Assembly (NCBI GenBank): GCA_038890615.1
Contig: JAWAFI010000003.1
Span: 6,477 to 70,476 of the forward strand
DNA: 64,000 bases
Reading direction: 5' to 3'
Source of the DNA: Candidatus Anstonellales archaeon
GTDB lineage: Archaea > Micrarchaeota > Micrarchaeia > Anstonellales > J096
This document shows positions 30,336 through 40,300 of the stretch, piece after piece. The notes below the pieces were generated by a model, which saw nothing but the letters and a program-made list of their open reading frames with translations, searched no databases and was not told where the DNA came from. Position 1 is the stretch's first letter, and each line of letters begins with the position of its first letter. Both the position numbers and the translations under genes were made by a program.

Positions 30336-31223
30336 ATGGCAATAGGAACCGGGTATGGGAAATATATACTGTTTGGGGAGCACTTTGTAGTGCATGGCGC
30401 CCCAGCTATTGCGCTCCCAACTGCAAATTGTGTCGAAGTGAATGTAGAAGTAGGGAAAAAAGGCGTTTTCCCAGAAGTTTACGCAAACGAGATAAACCTC
30501 ATGGCATTTGAAGCGCTAAAAAAGGCCGTTGAACAAGAGACAGGTGAATCTTTTGAGAGCTTTAGGGTAGAAATAATTTCAGCAACCATACCGATAGGCG
30601 CAGGCATGGGCAGCTCAGCAGCTTTTGCAGTGGCAGTTGCAAGGGGCCTTTTGAAAGAATTGGGCATTGATGACAACCCTATGCTGGTAAACAGGCTTGC
30701 CCATGAAATGGAAATGGTTTACCATGGAAACCCTTCAGGGATAGATGACACAGTGGCGACATATGCTAAGCCAGTGGTTTTTACAAAGGGTGAAGGCACA
30801 AGGTTCATAAGCATGAACTGGAGCCCTGCAATGATTGCAGTTGACAGCGGATTCCCAAGGAGCACCAAGGCAATGGTACAAAAAGTCGGCGAGCTTAAGC
30901 AGAGGGAGCCATCTGTGTTTGAAAGCTTGATGAACAGCGCAAGGCTAATAACCAAATACGGCGAGCTTTATTTGCAGTCAGCAAATGTAAAAGGGCTTGG
31001 GGACCTAATGAACATAAACCAGGGGCTACTGAATGGGATAGGAGTATCAATACCTGCAATAGAAAAAATATGCTCCCAACTTAGGGAATCAGGCGCAAGC
31101 GGCGCAAAGTTATCAGGAGGAGGCGGAGGGGGTATAGTGCTTGGCCTTTTTGAAAGCAAGCGAGACGCTGAATCTTTTGCCGATTCATTTAGGGAGATAT
31201 ACAGCATAACGAAGCTTTACTAA
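30336..31223 (+). CDS. mvk: Mevalonate kinase
   Basis: GKYILFGEHFVVHG, PIGAGMGSSAA, HGNPSGIDD, KLSGGGGGG. Confidence 0.92.
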   Translation: MAIGTGYGKYILFGEHFVVHGAPAIALPTANCVEVNVEVGKKGVFPEVYANEINLMAFEALKKAVEQETGESFESFRVEIISATIPIGAGMGSSAAFAVAVARGLLKELGIDDNPMLVNRLAHEMEMVYHGNPSGIDDTVATYAKPVVFTKGEGTRFISMNWSPAMIAVDSGFPRSTKAMVQKVGELKQREPSVFESLMNSARLITKYGELYLQSANVKGLGDLMNINQGLLNGIGVSIPAIEKICSQLRESGASGAKLSGGGGGGIVLGLFESKRDAESFADSFREIYSITKLY

Positions 31224-31231
31224 AAGCGCTT

Positions 31232-32232
31232 CTAAAGCTTGCTTATTGCTTCCTTTACTGCAAACCTTATCGCCAAATGTTCAGTAGTGTCATTAAGCAG
31301 AGGCAGAAGTGATTTAACAAAGTTTTCCTTCCAAAGCTTTGGGGCAGGGTAGCTGTTCCTTGAACTGTCAAAGCAACATGAAGGGCTGCTATGCGGTACT
31401 TCAAATCGTTTCTCTTGTCAAGCGCTATCTTTATGAGCTCATCAGCTATGCTTGACTCCATTTCTGTCTGCTTGAAGCTTGAGAACATGCTCTTGAGGTC
31501 TTTGTAATTCTTCTTTTCTGTTTCATCACCCTTAACTATTGAATAATAAAGCGCCATTTCCTTTAGCTTTTTATTTATTGCAGACACAATATCACTCATC
31601 TTCTCGCCAAATTGTAAAACTTTCAAGCATTGGTGGCACTTAACACCCATTTCATAAACCTTCTTCAACTCAGTGTTTATGGCAACGACGCTTTCATCTA
31701 TCACCCTTAGTATTCCCTTCCCGGCAAGAGCACGCACTTCAGGCACTATAACGGGGCTAGAGAATATAGTAAGCAACAAGTCAAAATTAGAGGTAGTTTC
31801 GAGATGGTGTTCAAGCATCTCAACCTTTGTCTTGTGAGGTGATGAAACAATGGCCTGAACAAGCCTCTCCAGCTTGTCCTTTGTGGTGCTGCTGCGCTCC
31901 ATGAAACTTATGAGGCTAGCAGTAGGCACATCAGCGCCATGCTCCACTAGCTTTATCGCTGCTATTGAAACGTCCAAAAAGTTGGGGTCTGAGAAAATCG
32001 GCTCTATGACCTTGCCAACCTTCTGCTGCCATATTACATCAAGAGAAGAAACAAGCACCATTGAACTGTTAAGCTCTTGATTAAGAAGCTCTGTATCTTT
32101 AGGGTATGCATCAATGAGCTGCTTGATCCTCCATAATTTTTTAGCTACAACAGATTCTGATGAATGGTCAAGCCCTTCCTCCTTGCTTACTCCTTCAGCA
32201 GGCTTCCCCCCAACGGTTGTTTTCACAACCAT
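31232..32232 (-). CDS. Hypothetical helical (HEAT-like) protein, probably frameshifted near the 3' end
   Basis: The called ORF ends at 31267. The -1 frame gives ...FVKSLLPLLNDTTEHLAIRFAVKEAISKL* ending at 31232. Confidence 0.55.
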
Positions 32233-32287
32233 AATTTTATATCTGAAAGGGTGTTTAAAAGGGTTTCATTTGGCAAAGTTGATTGCA

Positions 32288-32920
32288 TTACGATTCCTGC
32301 TTCTCAAGCCTTCTCTTTATCACTTTTAGGGAAACGAAGCTGTCCCTCTCAAGCTCATCTAATTTGAAGGAAATGTCTCGCTTTGCCTTATCCAAATCAG
32401 GTATCATTATGTATTCTAGGGAGTTGACTCTCCTCTTCGTCTTCTCTATCTCTGCCAGTATCCTCTTTATTGCTGTTTCAGTTGCAGCCACCTCAATGAC
32501 AAGATCCATGACTTCCTCAAACAGGTCTGCAGCCTTGTCAACCCTTGCGTTCGTCATTATCACAGAGTAGCCCCTGTGCAAGTAATCCCTCTTGTCCAGC
32601 GAGCCCTCGAGTTCCGGGATCTTTATGCCCATTATGTTCCTTGTTTTCACCTTAAGCGTGTGGTTCCTCTTTATTGAGGAAAGAAGGTTCTTTATCTCTG
32701 TAGGGCTGTAATGCAAGTAAACTGGCTTAAGAGCAGCATAACCTTCCCTTACCTTTGCATTTAGCTTTTCCCTTATATCCCTTGCCCTTTTTATTATCCT
32801 GAAGAACTCCATTATGAGCGCATCCCTCTTCTTCTTTAGAAGCTGGTGGCCCTTCTTAGCAAGCACTATCCTTTGCTTGATCTTTATTAGCTCCATCCTT
32901 GTTGGTTTGTAGTCTGCCAT
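32288..32920 (-). CDS. atpD: A/V-type ATP synthase subunit D
   Basis: PTRMELIKIK..LAKKGHQLLKKKRDAL, NIMGIKIP, EIEKTKRRVNSLEY..IP, LDELER. Confidence 0.96.
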   Translation of the reverse strand: MADYKPTRMELIKIKQRIVLAKKGHQLLKKKRDALIMEFFRIIKRARDIREKLNAKVREGYAALKPVYLHYSPTEIKNLLSSIKRNHTLKVKTRNIMGIKIPELEGSLDKRDYLHRGYSVIMTNARVDKAADLFEEVMDLVIEVAATETAIKRILAEIEKTKRRVNSLEYIMIPDLDKAKRDISFKLDELERDSFVSLKVIKRRLEKQES

Positions 32921-32921
32921 A

Positions 32922-33140
32922 TTAAGCCTCTGCCAGGACGCTTAGCACTTTAACGAGCGAACCATCCTTTTCTTTGAATGTCATTTTTATTCCCTCTGAC
33001 TTGAAGGCACTTTTGAGCACATTATAGTTAAGGTTGAGTTCCTTCCCAAGCTCAAGTGCAACCTCATATATCCTCTTGCCCTCCATAACATTGTTGAGGT
33101 TCTCCATAACAGTAAGCATTAGAAACTCTTCTTTCTTCAT
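32922..33140 (-). CDS. Small hypothetical protein
   Basis: 72-aa ORF from ATG 33140; its stop lies 1 nt before the atpD start. Confidence 0.6.
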   Translation of the reverse strand: MKKEEFLMLTVMENLNNVMEGKRIYEVALELGKELNLNYNVLKSAFKSEGIKMTFKEKDGSLVKVLSVLAEA

Positions 33141-33182
33141 AGCAAAAGTATTAAATAAGCGTGATTTAAAATACTTTCCATC

Positions 33183-33255
33183 GGGGCTGTGGGCCAACCT
33201 GGTATGCTGCCACCTTCGGGAGGTGGTGATCTGAGTTCAAATCTCGGCAGCCCCA
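33183..33255 (+). tRNA. tRNA-Pro(CGG)
   Basis: GGGGCTG/CAGCCCC acceptor, CCACC-TTCGGGA-GGTGG anticodon arm, GTTCAAATC T-loop. No intron. Confidence 0.93.
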
Positions 33256-33272
33256 CTAACACAGGTGTGGAA

Positions 33273-34889
33273 ATGCGTGAAATAATAAGGAAGTACGTGA
33301 TTAGGAACGCCTTGCAATACGGCAGGGCAGACGAAAAGTCAGTGATGGGTAAGGTAATGGCAGAGGTGCCAGAGGCAAGGAGCCGTGTACAGGAAGTAAT
33401 GGAGCTGATAAAAGAAGAGATAAAAGCAATAGAAGGTATGGGGAAGGAGGAGATGGAGAAAGAGATAGAAGGAAAGGAGTTCATTAAGGCAAAGGAACCA
33501 GACCCTTTCGCAGTTGAAGGCGCAGAGCAGGGCAAGGTAATCACCAGGTTTCCTCCAGAGCCAAACGGCTACCTCCACATAGGCCATTGCAAAGCACTCG
33601 TGATAAACAGGATAGTAGCAGACAAGTACAAAGGCAGAATGATAATTAGGATAGACGACACCAATCCTGCCAAGGAAAGCAAGGAATACCTGGATGCCAT
33701 TGTCGAAAATATAAAATGGCTTGGGATTAAATGGGACTCATTTTCATTCACTACTGATTATATGAACGAAATCTACGAAGCTTGCAGAAAACTTATTCAA
33801 GATGGAAATGCCTATGTCTGCACCTGCGCTCCGGAAGAAGTAAAGAAAGGCAGGGCAGAAAAGAAAGGATGCGACCATAGAAACAAGCGAGCTTCGCAGA
33901 ACTTAGAAGAATACGAGAAGCTCAAAATAAATGAGAATGGGATTGTCAGGCTAAAGGGAGATATGGAAAGCGAGAACACCGTAATGAGAGACCCTACACT
34001 TATGAGGGTTGTTGGGGCGAGCCATTTTAGGCATGGTAGGAAATACAAGCTATGGCCGACATACGATTTAGCTTCTGCATTAGTTGACAGCATCGAAGGA
34101 GTAACCCATGCTATGAGGTCCAAGGAATACGAACTAAGAGAAGAGCTTTATTTCACGATACTCAGAATGCTTAAGATGAGAGAGCCCAAGCTCATCCACT
34201 TCTCACGGCTTAATATGAGGGGCATGCCGGTAAGCAAGAGGCTAATAAAGCCACTTGTGGAGCAGGGGAAGGTAAGCGGATGGGATGATCCTAGGCTGCC
34301 TACATTGGCAGCTCTTAAAAGAAGAGGTATAACTCCGGAGGCGCTTAAAAGCTTTGCATCGAGGTTTGGCCTTGGCAAGGCAGAGAACGAGGCAGATATA
34401 GAAATGCTCCTATCAGAAAATAAGAAGGTTGTTGACAAAACATCACCGAGGTTTGTTGCGATTGAAAACCCAAAAGAATTGGAGGTTGGATTAAGCAAAA
34501 CCGTCCAACTCAAAAAGCATCCTACTGAGGATATGGGTGTTAGGGAGCTTTGCGTTAATGGAAGGGTTTTAGTTGAAAAGGCAGGGGAAGAAATGGTGTT
34601 AAGGAACCTTGGAAGGTTCAGGATAAGCGGAAAAAGGGCTGAAAGGATTGGCGAAGGGGAAAAAGGGGAGCTATGGCTGCCTCCAGAGCAGGCAGTTGAG
34701 GGAGAATTATGGGAAATAGGTCTCCTTTATGAGGGGGACAAATTCAATGAAAAAAGCCTGGTCAAAAAGAAGGCAATGATAGAAGCAGAGGTGGCTAATC
34801 AGGAAAAGGGGAAAATAATCCAGCTTGAGAGAAAGGGCTTTTACATAATAGATAGCTTAGAACCGCTTGTGCTGATAAGAAGCTGCTGA
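33273..34889 (+). CDS. gltX: Glutamate--tRNA ligase (archaeal type)
   Basis: TRFPPEPNGYLHIGH, DDTNP, RDP, WPTYD, SKR, GWDDPRLPT, QLERKGF. Start at ATG 33273, after the tRNA. Confidence 0.96.
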   Translation: MREIIRKYVIRNALQYGRADEKSVMGKVMAEVPEARSRVQEVMELIKEEIKAIEGMGKEEMEKEIEGKEFIKAKEPDPFAVEGAEQGKVITRFPPEPNGYLHIGHCKALVINRIVADKYKGRMIIRIDDTNPAKESKEYLDAIVENIKWLGIKWDSFSFTTDYMNEIYEACRKLIQDGNAYVCTCAPEEVKKGRAEKKGCDHRNKRASQNLEEYEKLKINENGIVRLKGDMESENTVMRDPTLMRVVGASHFRHGRKYKLWPTYDLASALVDSIEGVTHAMRSKEYELREELYFTILRMLKMREPKLIHFSRLNMRGMPVSKRLIKPLVEQGKVSGWDDPRLPTLAALKRRGITPEALKSFASRFGLGKAENEADIEMLLSENKKVVDKTSPRFVAIENPKELEVGLSKTVQLKKHPTEDMGVRELCVNGRVLVEKAGEEMVLRNLGRFRISGKRAERIGEGEKGELWLPPEQAVEGELWEIGLLYEGDKFNEKSLVKKKAMIEAEVANQEKGKIIQLERKGFYIIDSLEPLVLIRSC

Positions 34890-34970
34890 GCATTAGAACA
34901 AAGCAAGCGTTTAGCAACCTGGGCCAACTGAATAACAAAAGCATTTAAATAGTGCCTCTCAAATTCCAAC

Positions 34971-37250
34971 ATGTGCAACCTTATAGTAGAAGGTACAAGA
35001 GGCATAGTTGACCTGGCAAAATGCCCTTATGAGTTCGGCTCTGCTGAATTCCTAAATTACCACCTTAAGGACCTTTCAACACTAGACATAGAGCTCACAT
35101 CTATAAGGTATGAAGAAGAAATGATTGTCGAGCTTGATGCTGAAAAAACAAGAATACTTATAGAATATGCTAAGTTCATAAGGGAGATAGAGAACATACT
35201 GCTTGACAAGAAGGTTTATGGCATACAGCAAGACCCTTCTTTTGAAGCAAGAAGAGACACCCTAAGAAAATTCTATGAATACTTGTTTATGAACCCTATA
35301 ATGGCTGAAAGCTTGCTCAGCAACTATAACGAAGAATTTCCAGACAGATCGCTATTTGTCGGGGGGCACAAGAACTTCATGGCACTGAAGGCAAGGGTGA
35401 TGGAAAAATTCAAGGGGACAAAGCTTTACAAGCTTGTCAAAGAAAAGGGGGATCTTAGGGAGGCATTCCTTTACTTGGTAGGGCTGAAGAGCACCGAGCT
35501 AATAGAAACAGTCATGATAGAGCTGCCAGAAGGCGCAGTGCCCCTGGAAGGAAGGGATGCAAGGTACACTCTACCTTATGGAAATGAAGTGCAGATCTAC
35601 GACGTCCCTGAAAGGGACACTTATATATATGTGGAAAGGAACAGGACTCTGGAGATGCTGCCTGAGCACCTAAAAGCCTTGATGAAAGAAAAAATAGAGA
35701 TGGAGATGAGAGAAAGCTTTGAGAATGCAGATTACGAAATACTGATGGACCTTAAGACAAAGGAATACAAGCAATGGTTCGTCGATGAGGCCATAAGGAG
35801 GGAGATAGACATAACCCCAGACCAAGCGCTTGTTATGGGAAGGGAGGTAGCAAGCTGGGTAGTTGGAGCAGGAGCTCAGATAGAAGCACTTGCGTTAGAC
35901 AGGAAGTACATAACAGACATTTACCTTGACAGCGAAAATTCCCCCATATACTTGGAACACCAGAAATTTGGCATATGCCATACCCTATCAAGGTACAACC
36001 GGGATATGGTTGAGAGGGCCTTCAAGAACATTGTCATGACGCTAAAAGGGGTAAGAAAATTTGACGAGAATAACCCTGTGGTGGATGTTGTGGTGAAGAG
36101 GCTTTCTATGAGGTGCCACCTCCAGAGGCCGCCTGCAACTTTCGGCGAGCTGCAAGGGGCTTTCAGGATAATGAAAGAGACACCTTTCACTTATCCTCTT
36201 TACCTAAACTACAAATCGTTTACTCCTTTCTTTGCGGGCTATGATGATGTAATGGTAACGCTTGGAAGCAGCGAAGCAGTGCTTGGCCTAAAAGGAGTAG
36301 GCAAAACCGCATTCACTGCTGCAAAAATAACTGCAATAGGGACTAGGAGGAGGATAATACCAATACAGGACATTGAGGAGATCCCTGTAAGGGCTTTCAG
36401 GAAGAGGGGATTCCACATAGGCGCTGCAAGGGTAATGAGCTCAGAGAAAGAGGAAGCAGGCGCAGGAACAAAGGAGCTTGACTTGATATCAATGGCAAAT
36501 GCACTTCTTAGGATGGGTGACGCAGCCCTGATAATCAACGAGATAAGGTCAAGGGTTGCAGTCCAAGGTGTAGTAAACCTTTTGAACACGCAGCCCGGGG
36601 TTTTCCTGCTTTATAACCTGCACGCAGAATCTTTGAAGGACATTCAAGAGAGGCTTGAACTTGTGTTTGGCATACCTTCAGCAAGCATGTTTGCTACTGA
36701 CAGGTACACCTTCCTAAAGAAAGTGAAGTTTGGAAGAAAAGGAAGGATATACAGGGTGCTTGGCTATGAGTTCGAGAGTGACATAGAGCAAAGGGCTTTC
36801 GCAAAAGTATTTGATATGGTAAGGGGCCATGACATAGAAAGCTGCTACACCAAGCCGCTGTTCCTAAAAAACCCAGAAGCCAATAGCAAGGACGCGGACT
36901 ATGACTTCAACAGGCTGGAAAAGGACTTAGACATAGAATTCGTGCCTCCTGCGCTCAAGAGAAGGGCAGCTGACACAGGAATTTCCCCTGAGCAGTATAT
37001 ACTGCAAGCATTCTACAAAGGGAGGGTATATGAGGACATAAGGAAGCTTGCAGAGCAAAACGACAACGAGCTTATATTGGAGCTTGATTTCGTGGTAAAA
37101 GCGAACAATTTAGCCAACAAAATACTAAAGGAGCTTGAAAACGAGAATGGAGAAGTGGACTACAAAACAGCAATAAAGATGTGGAACGCTAGGTTCGCTG
37201 AATTCTTTAAGAAAGAGAAGCTATTGCTTGAAAGGGAGAAGCGGGGCTAA
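34971..37250 (+). CDS. Divergent type II/IV secretion or pilus assembly ATPase (TadA/FlaI/VirB11 family)
   Basis: ITDIYLDS..SPIYLEH, GLKGVGKT, Asp box IQDIEEI, LLRMGDAALIINEIR, NLHAES. Confidence 0.8.
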   Translation: MCNLIVEGTRGIVDLAKCPYEFGSAEFLNYHLKDLSTLDIELTSIRYEEEMIVELDAEKTRILIEYAKFIREIENILLDKKVYGIQQDPSFEARRDTLRKFYEYLFMNPIMAESLLSNYNEEFPDRSLFVGGHKNFMALKARVMEKFKGTKLYKLVKEKGDLREAFLYLVGLKSTELIETVMIELPEGAVPLEGRDARYTLPYGNEVQIYDVPERDTYIYVERNRTLEMLPEHLKALMKEKIEMEMRESFENADYEILMDLKTKEYKQWFVDEAIRREIDITPDQALVMGREVASWVVGAGAQIEALALDRKYITDIYLDSENSPIYLEHQKFGICHTLSRYNRDMVERAFKNIVMTLKGVRKFDENNPVVDVVVKRLSMRCHLQRPPATFGELQGAFRIMKETPFTYPLYLNYKSFTPFFAGYDDVMVTLGSSEAVLGLKGVGKTAFTAAKITAIGTRRRIIPIQDIEEIPVRAFRKRGFHIGAARVMSSEKEEAGAGTKELDLISMANALLRMGDAALIINEIRSRVAVQGVVNLLNTQPGVFLLYNLHAESLKDIQERLELVFGIPSASMFATDRYTFLKKVKFGRKGRIYRVLGYEFESDIEQRAFAKVFDMVRGHDIESCYTKPLFLKNPEANSKDADYDFNRLEKDLDIEFVPPALKRRAADTGISPEQYILQAFYKGRVYEDIRKLAEQNDNELILELDFVVKANNLANKILKELENENGEVDYKTAIKMWNARFAEFFKKEKLLLEREKRG

Positions 37251-37251
37251 C

Positions 37252-37692
37252 CTAACCGCGGGTTATTACATCTACAACAACAGTGCCATTGGAATTGCTT
37301 ATGTTGAAAAGGTAATTGCCGCCGCTGGTTATATCGCCATTGTAGGAAACCTTGGCAGCAACATACTCTATTATCTCATTGCCATCAGAAAGCTTTGCCT
37401 TCACAAGAGTAGACTCGCTGTTAGGGCCGAAGCTCTGGATAGTAAAGGTTTCCAAAGAGTCAGGAAGCGAAGTTTCAAGGTAGATATTGCTTCCCGGAGT
37501 ATAGTAAACCGCCTTTATGGAAGAAACTAATGAAGAGACGGATACACTTGCCCTCCTTATCTCTGAATCCCTGGTAGATGAGTTTAGCATAGTATAAACC
37601 AAGCTTATAGTAATCAGGAACATTAGAAGCGCAACGCCAATGGTTACCAGCAGTTCAACACTGCTTTGACCTTTACTCCTCATATCTTTCAA
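37252..37692 (-). CDS. Archaeal type IV pilin-like protein (class III signal peptide)
   Basis: RSKG|QSSVELLVTIGVALLMF cleavage motif with E+5 and a hydrophobic helix. Confidence 0.85.
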   Translation of the reverse strand: MKDMRSKGQSSVELLVTIGVALLMFLITISLVYTMLNSSTRDSEIRRASVSVSSLVSSIKAVYYTPGSNIYLETSLPDSLETFTIQSFGPNSESTLVKAKLSDGNEIIEYVAAKVSYNGDITSGGNYLFNISNSNGTVVVDVITRG

Positions 37693-38755
37693 ACCTCTTT
37701 GTTTTCCTTCCTTTCAGCTTCCTCAGCAAGCTGTCAAGCTCAGCGCAAGCATTCCTCAGCGCTGCATCTAATTTATAGTGTTCCACTTTTAATATTAACG
37801 GTTTTGTTGAATGTGATATCACCCTGACCGCTATGGCAGACAAGGATTTTCCATGCTTTACATAAACATGCACTGCGCTTATCCTTAACGAGCTGGCAAA
37901 TGGCTTTATTGTTGCATCAATCTCTTCTATAATTTTTTTCTTCATATATTGGTTGGTTTCGTCAAGGCCGCTTACTTCCACTACCAGCGACTTAGGCTGC
38001 ATCTTGGAGAGGTATTTGAAAATTGAGGTAGCAGTAAGTATGCCTATAGGCCTCCCTTTATCCGTAAGCAATACAGATGAGACCTCATTTTCAACCATGC
38101 TTTTCACAGCAGATTTCAGCGAAATGGATACTGGAAGGTAAAAAATAGGCCTCATTATCTCGCTAACAACCTTGCTGTCGCTTACTCTTTTGCTTTCTTT
38201 TATAAGCGATTTCCCCTCGCGCCTCTGATCCTTCATTTTTACAGCCATTAGATCTATTGTAGAAATTATGCCAACAACCTTGCCCTTTTCTTCCACTGCC
38301 AGCCTATGCACCTTCTTCTCCGCCATAAACTTGCGGGCCAGCTCAGCTGTATGCGTAGAAGGTATTGAGTATATGCCCGGCTCATAAACATAGCTTAGCT
38401 CAAGCCCATCAAGGAGGCCTTCCTCAAGGAGCATCTCGAGCACATCAGACCTAGTTATAAGGCCTTTTATATTATTGCCCTCTTTGTAAGGAAGCGCCTT
38501 GAAATGCCCGGAAAGGAATTTGGAAATAACCTCTTTCCAACCATCTTCTTCCTCAATAACAGGGCATTTAACTGCAACGCTGTGAGCCTTTGTTTTAGAG
38601 GGGTCAATGCCAAGCCTCACGTGCCTGTCATCAATTACGCCTATGAATTTTTTCCCATCATAAACACCAACTGAAGTTGATCCGCCGAGAATAAGATCAA
38701 AAGCCTTTGAAACTGGCTCTTCCCCCTTTACCGTATAAAAAGGCCTCACTTTCAT
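37673..38755 (-). CDS. Four-CBS-domain protein with C-terminal HPF/RaiA-like domain (putative ribosome hibernation factor)
   Basis: CBS motifs (IGVIDDR, KGLITRSDV, VGIISTIDL, IGILTATSI), then VEVSGLD...VHVYVK...LDAALRNACAELDSLLRK. Confidence 0.75.
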   Translation of the reverse strand: MKVRPFYTVKGEEPVSKAFDLILGGSTSVGVYDGKKFIGVIDDRHVRLGIDPSKTKAHSVAVKCPVIEEEDGWKEVISKFLSGHFKALPYKEGNNIKGLITRSDVLEMLLEEGLLDGLELSYVYEPGIYSIPSTHTAELARKFMAEKKVHRLAVEEKGKVVGIISTIDLMAVKMKDQRREGKSLIKESKRVSDSKVVSEIMRPIFYLPVSISLKSAVKSMVENEVSSVLLTDKGRPIGILTATSIFKYLSKMQPKSLVVEVSGLDETNQYMKKKIIEEIDATIKPFASSLRISAVHVYVKHGKSLSAIAVRVISHSTKPLILKVEHYKLDAALRNACAELDSLLRKLKGRKTKRFERYEE

Positions 38756-38805
38756 AAACAGAGTTGCACCACAAGATTTTAATACCTTTACCTGTAAGGA
38801 ATATT

Positions 38806-39447
38806 ATGCTTTATCCCCTCTATAAGCTGGTTGAGAAAGACACTTGGAAGGAAATACTTCTCCAGATGGTTGAAACCCATAAGCTTGACCCTTGGAATAT
38901 AAACATAGTTGAGGTTTCTGAGCTATTTTTGAAAGAGATAGCTAAGAGCAGGAGCCTCCAATATTGCGCAAATGTGATACTTGCAGCAGCAATATTGCTT
39001 AAGATGAAGAGCGACATTCTCAAGCAAAGGGAAGAGCAGGTTGTTGAAGAGGTTCCTGAAGAAATAGGCCCTATGCCAGAGATAGCCATTAGCTCTAGGT
39101 TCCCCCCTAAAAGGCAGGTTACTCTTGAAGAGCTTATTGAAGAAGTTGAGAAAGTAATGAGCGCAACTGAAAGGCAAAGAGCCCCAGCATCAGCCCCAAT
39201 GGAAGTGGTTGAGATTGAGATGGATATCTACGATGTAGAAAAAGAGAAGGAAGAGGTGCTTAAGGTGCTTGAAGGCGGGGCTATGGAATTCTTTGAAATT
39301 GCTTATGCGCTTGGCATTAAAGAAAGGGCAGCACAGGTGATACTTTTCCTCTCACTCCTCCATCTTTTCCAGAGCGGCGAAATAACAATAGAGCAAAAGG
39401 AGCTGTTCGGCTCAATAATGGTGGATAAATGCAGGAAGAACAGCTAA
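38806..39447 (+). CDS. scpA: Segregation and condensation protein A (kleisin)
   Basis: LDPWNINIVEVSELFL, AAILLKMKSDIL, RQVTLEELI, FLSLLHL, IEQKELFGSI. Confidence 0.9.
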   Translation: MLYPLYKLVEKDTWKEILLQMVETHKLDPWNINIVEVSELFLKEIAKSRSLQYCANVILAAAILLKMKSDILKQREEQVVEEVPEEIGPMPEIAISSRFPPKRQVTLEELIEEVEKVMSATERQRAPASAPMEVVEIEMDIYDVEKEKEEVLKVLEGGAMEFFEIAYALGIKERAAQVILFLSLLHLFQSGEITIEQKELFGSIMVDKCRKNS

Positions 39448-39890
39448 TAGAAGGTGCGCTTTTCCTAAGCGGAAAGCCGATAAAGCTTGAGAAGATTCAG
39501 AAATTTATAGGGATAGCAAGCCCTGGCTACATAAAAGGAGTCATCGAAAGAATAAATGCCAAGTACGCCAGCATAGGAAGCCCTTTTGAATTTAGGGTTG
39601 TAGGGGATGAGGTTTACATGATGGTTAGGGAAGATGTCCTTGCAAAAGTAAAGGAGTTTGCAAAGGAAAGGGAACTAAGCAGATCAGCTTTAAAATCCCT
39701 TGCATTCATATCTAAGAGGGATGGGGTGGAAAAATCCAAGCTCATAAGAACATTAGGAACTCATATGTATGGGGCAGTCAAGGAACTTGTGGAAAAAGGG
39801 TTTGTTAGGGAGAAAAAGGCCGGGAGATCAAGCCAGCTCTTTGTAACTGAAAAATTCAAGGATTACTTTGGGGTGCAGGAAAAGGCATGA
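39429..39890 (+). CDS. scpB: Segregation and condensation protein B
   Basis: IEGALFLSGKP, ELSRSALKSLAFI, GRS...VTEKFKDYFG. Confidence 0.9.
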   Translation: MQEEQLIEGALFLSGKPIKLEKIQKFIGIASPGYIKGVIERINAKYASIGSPFEFRVVGDEVYMMVREDVLAKVKEFAKERELSRSALKSLAFISKRDGVEKSKLIRTLGTHMYGAVKELVEKGFVREKKAGRSSQLFVTEKFKDYFGVQEKA

Positions 39891-40300
39891 AGGAAAGCTT
39901 AGACAAAGCAAAGAAAAAGGCACTTTCAGAGGTTAAGAAAGAAATAGAGGAGCTTTTCGGCATTGCATATCTGAATGTCAAAAACTGCCCTTGGGTTGCA
40001 GAAAGAAGTGTTGAGGATTACATCAAAGAGCTTGAAAGTGAGATAAAGGAACTTCGTGAAGAGGTTGAAAAAGGCAGCAATGAAGGCATTGAGGAGGAAG
40101 TAGGTGATGTTTTTTGGGATGCCTTGATGCTCCTTTATATAGCGCATAAAAACAGAAAGGCAAACAAAAAGAAAGCCCTTAGAATAGTCGCAGAAAAGAT
40201 AAAGAGAAGGAAACCTTGGCTTATTGAAGGCAGAAAAGTTGGCAAGCAAGAAGCGATGGATATTTGGAATGCAGCAAAGAAAATGGAGAAAAAGCGCTAA
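39887..40300 (+). CDS. MazG-like nucleotide pyrophosphohydrolase (single domain)
   Basis: CPW, SEIKEL, EEEVGDVF, KIKRRKPW, W..AK. Confidence 0.85.
   Translation: MKESLDKAKKKALSEVKKEIEELFGIAYLNVKNCPWVAERSVEDYIKELESEIKELREEVEKGSNEGIEEEVGDVFWDALMLLYIAHKNRKANKKKALRIVAEKIKRRKPWLIEGRKVGKQEAMDIWNAAKKMEKKR

Noticed and set aside
32288-32920. atpD separated from the other ATP synthase genes
   Set aside because: Split A/V-ATPase operons are common in archaea.
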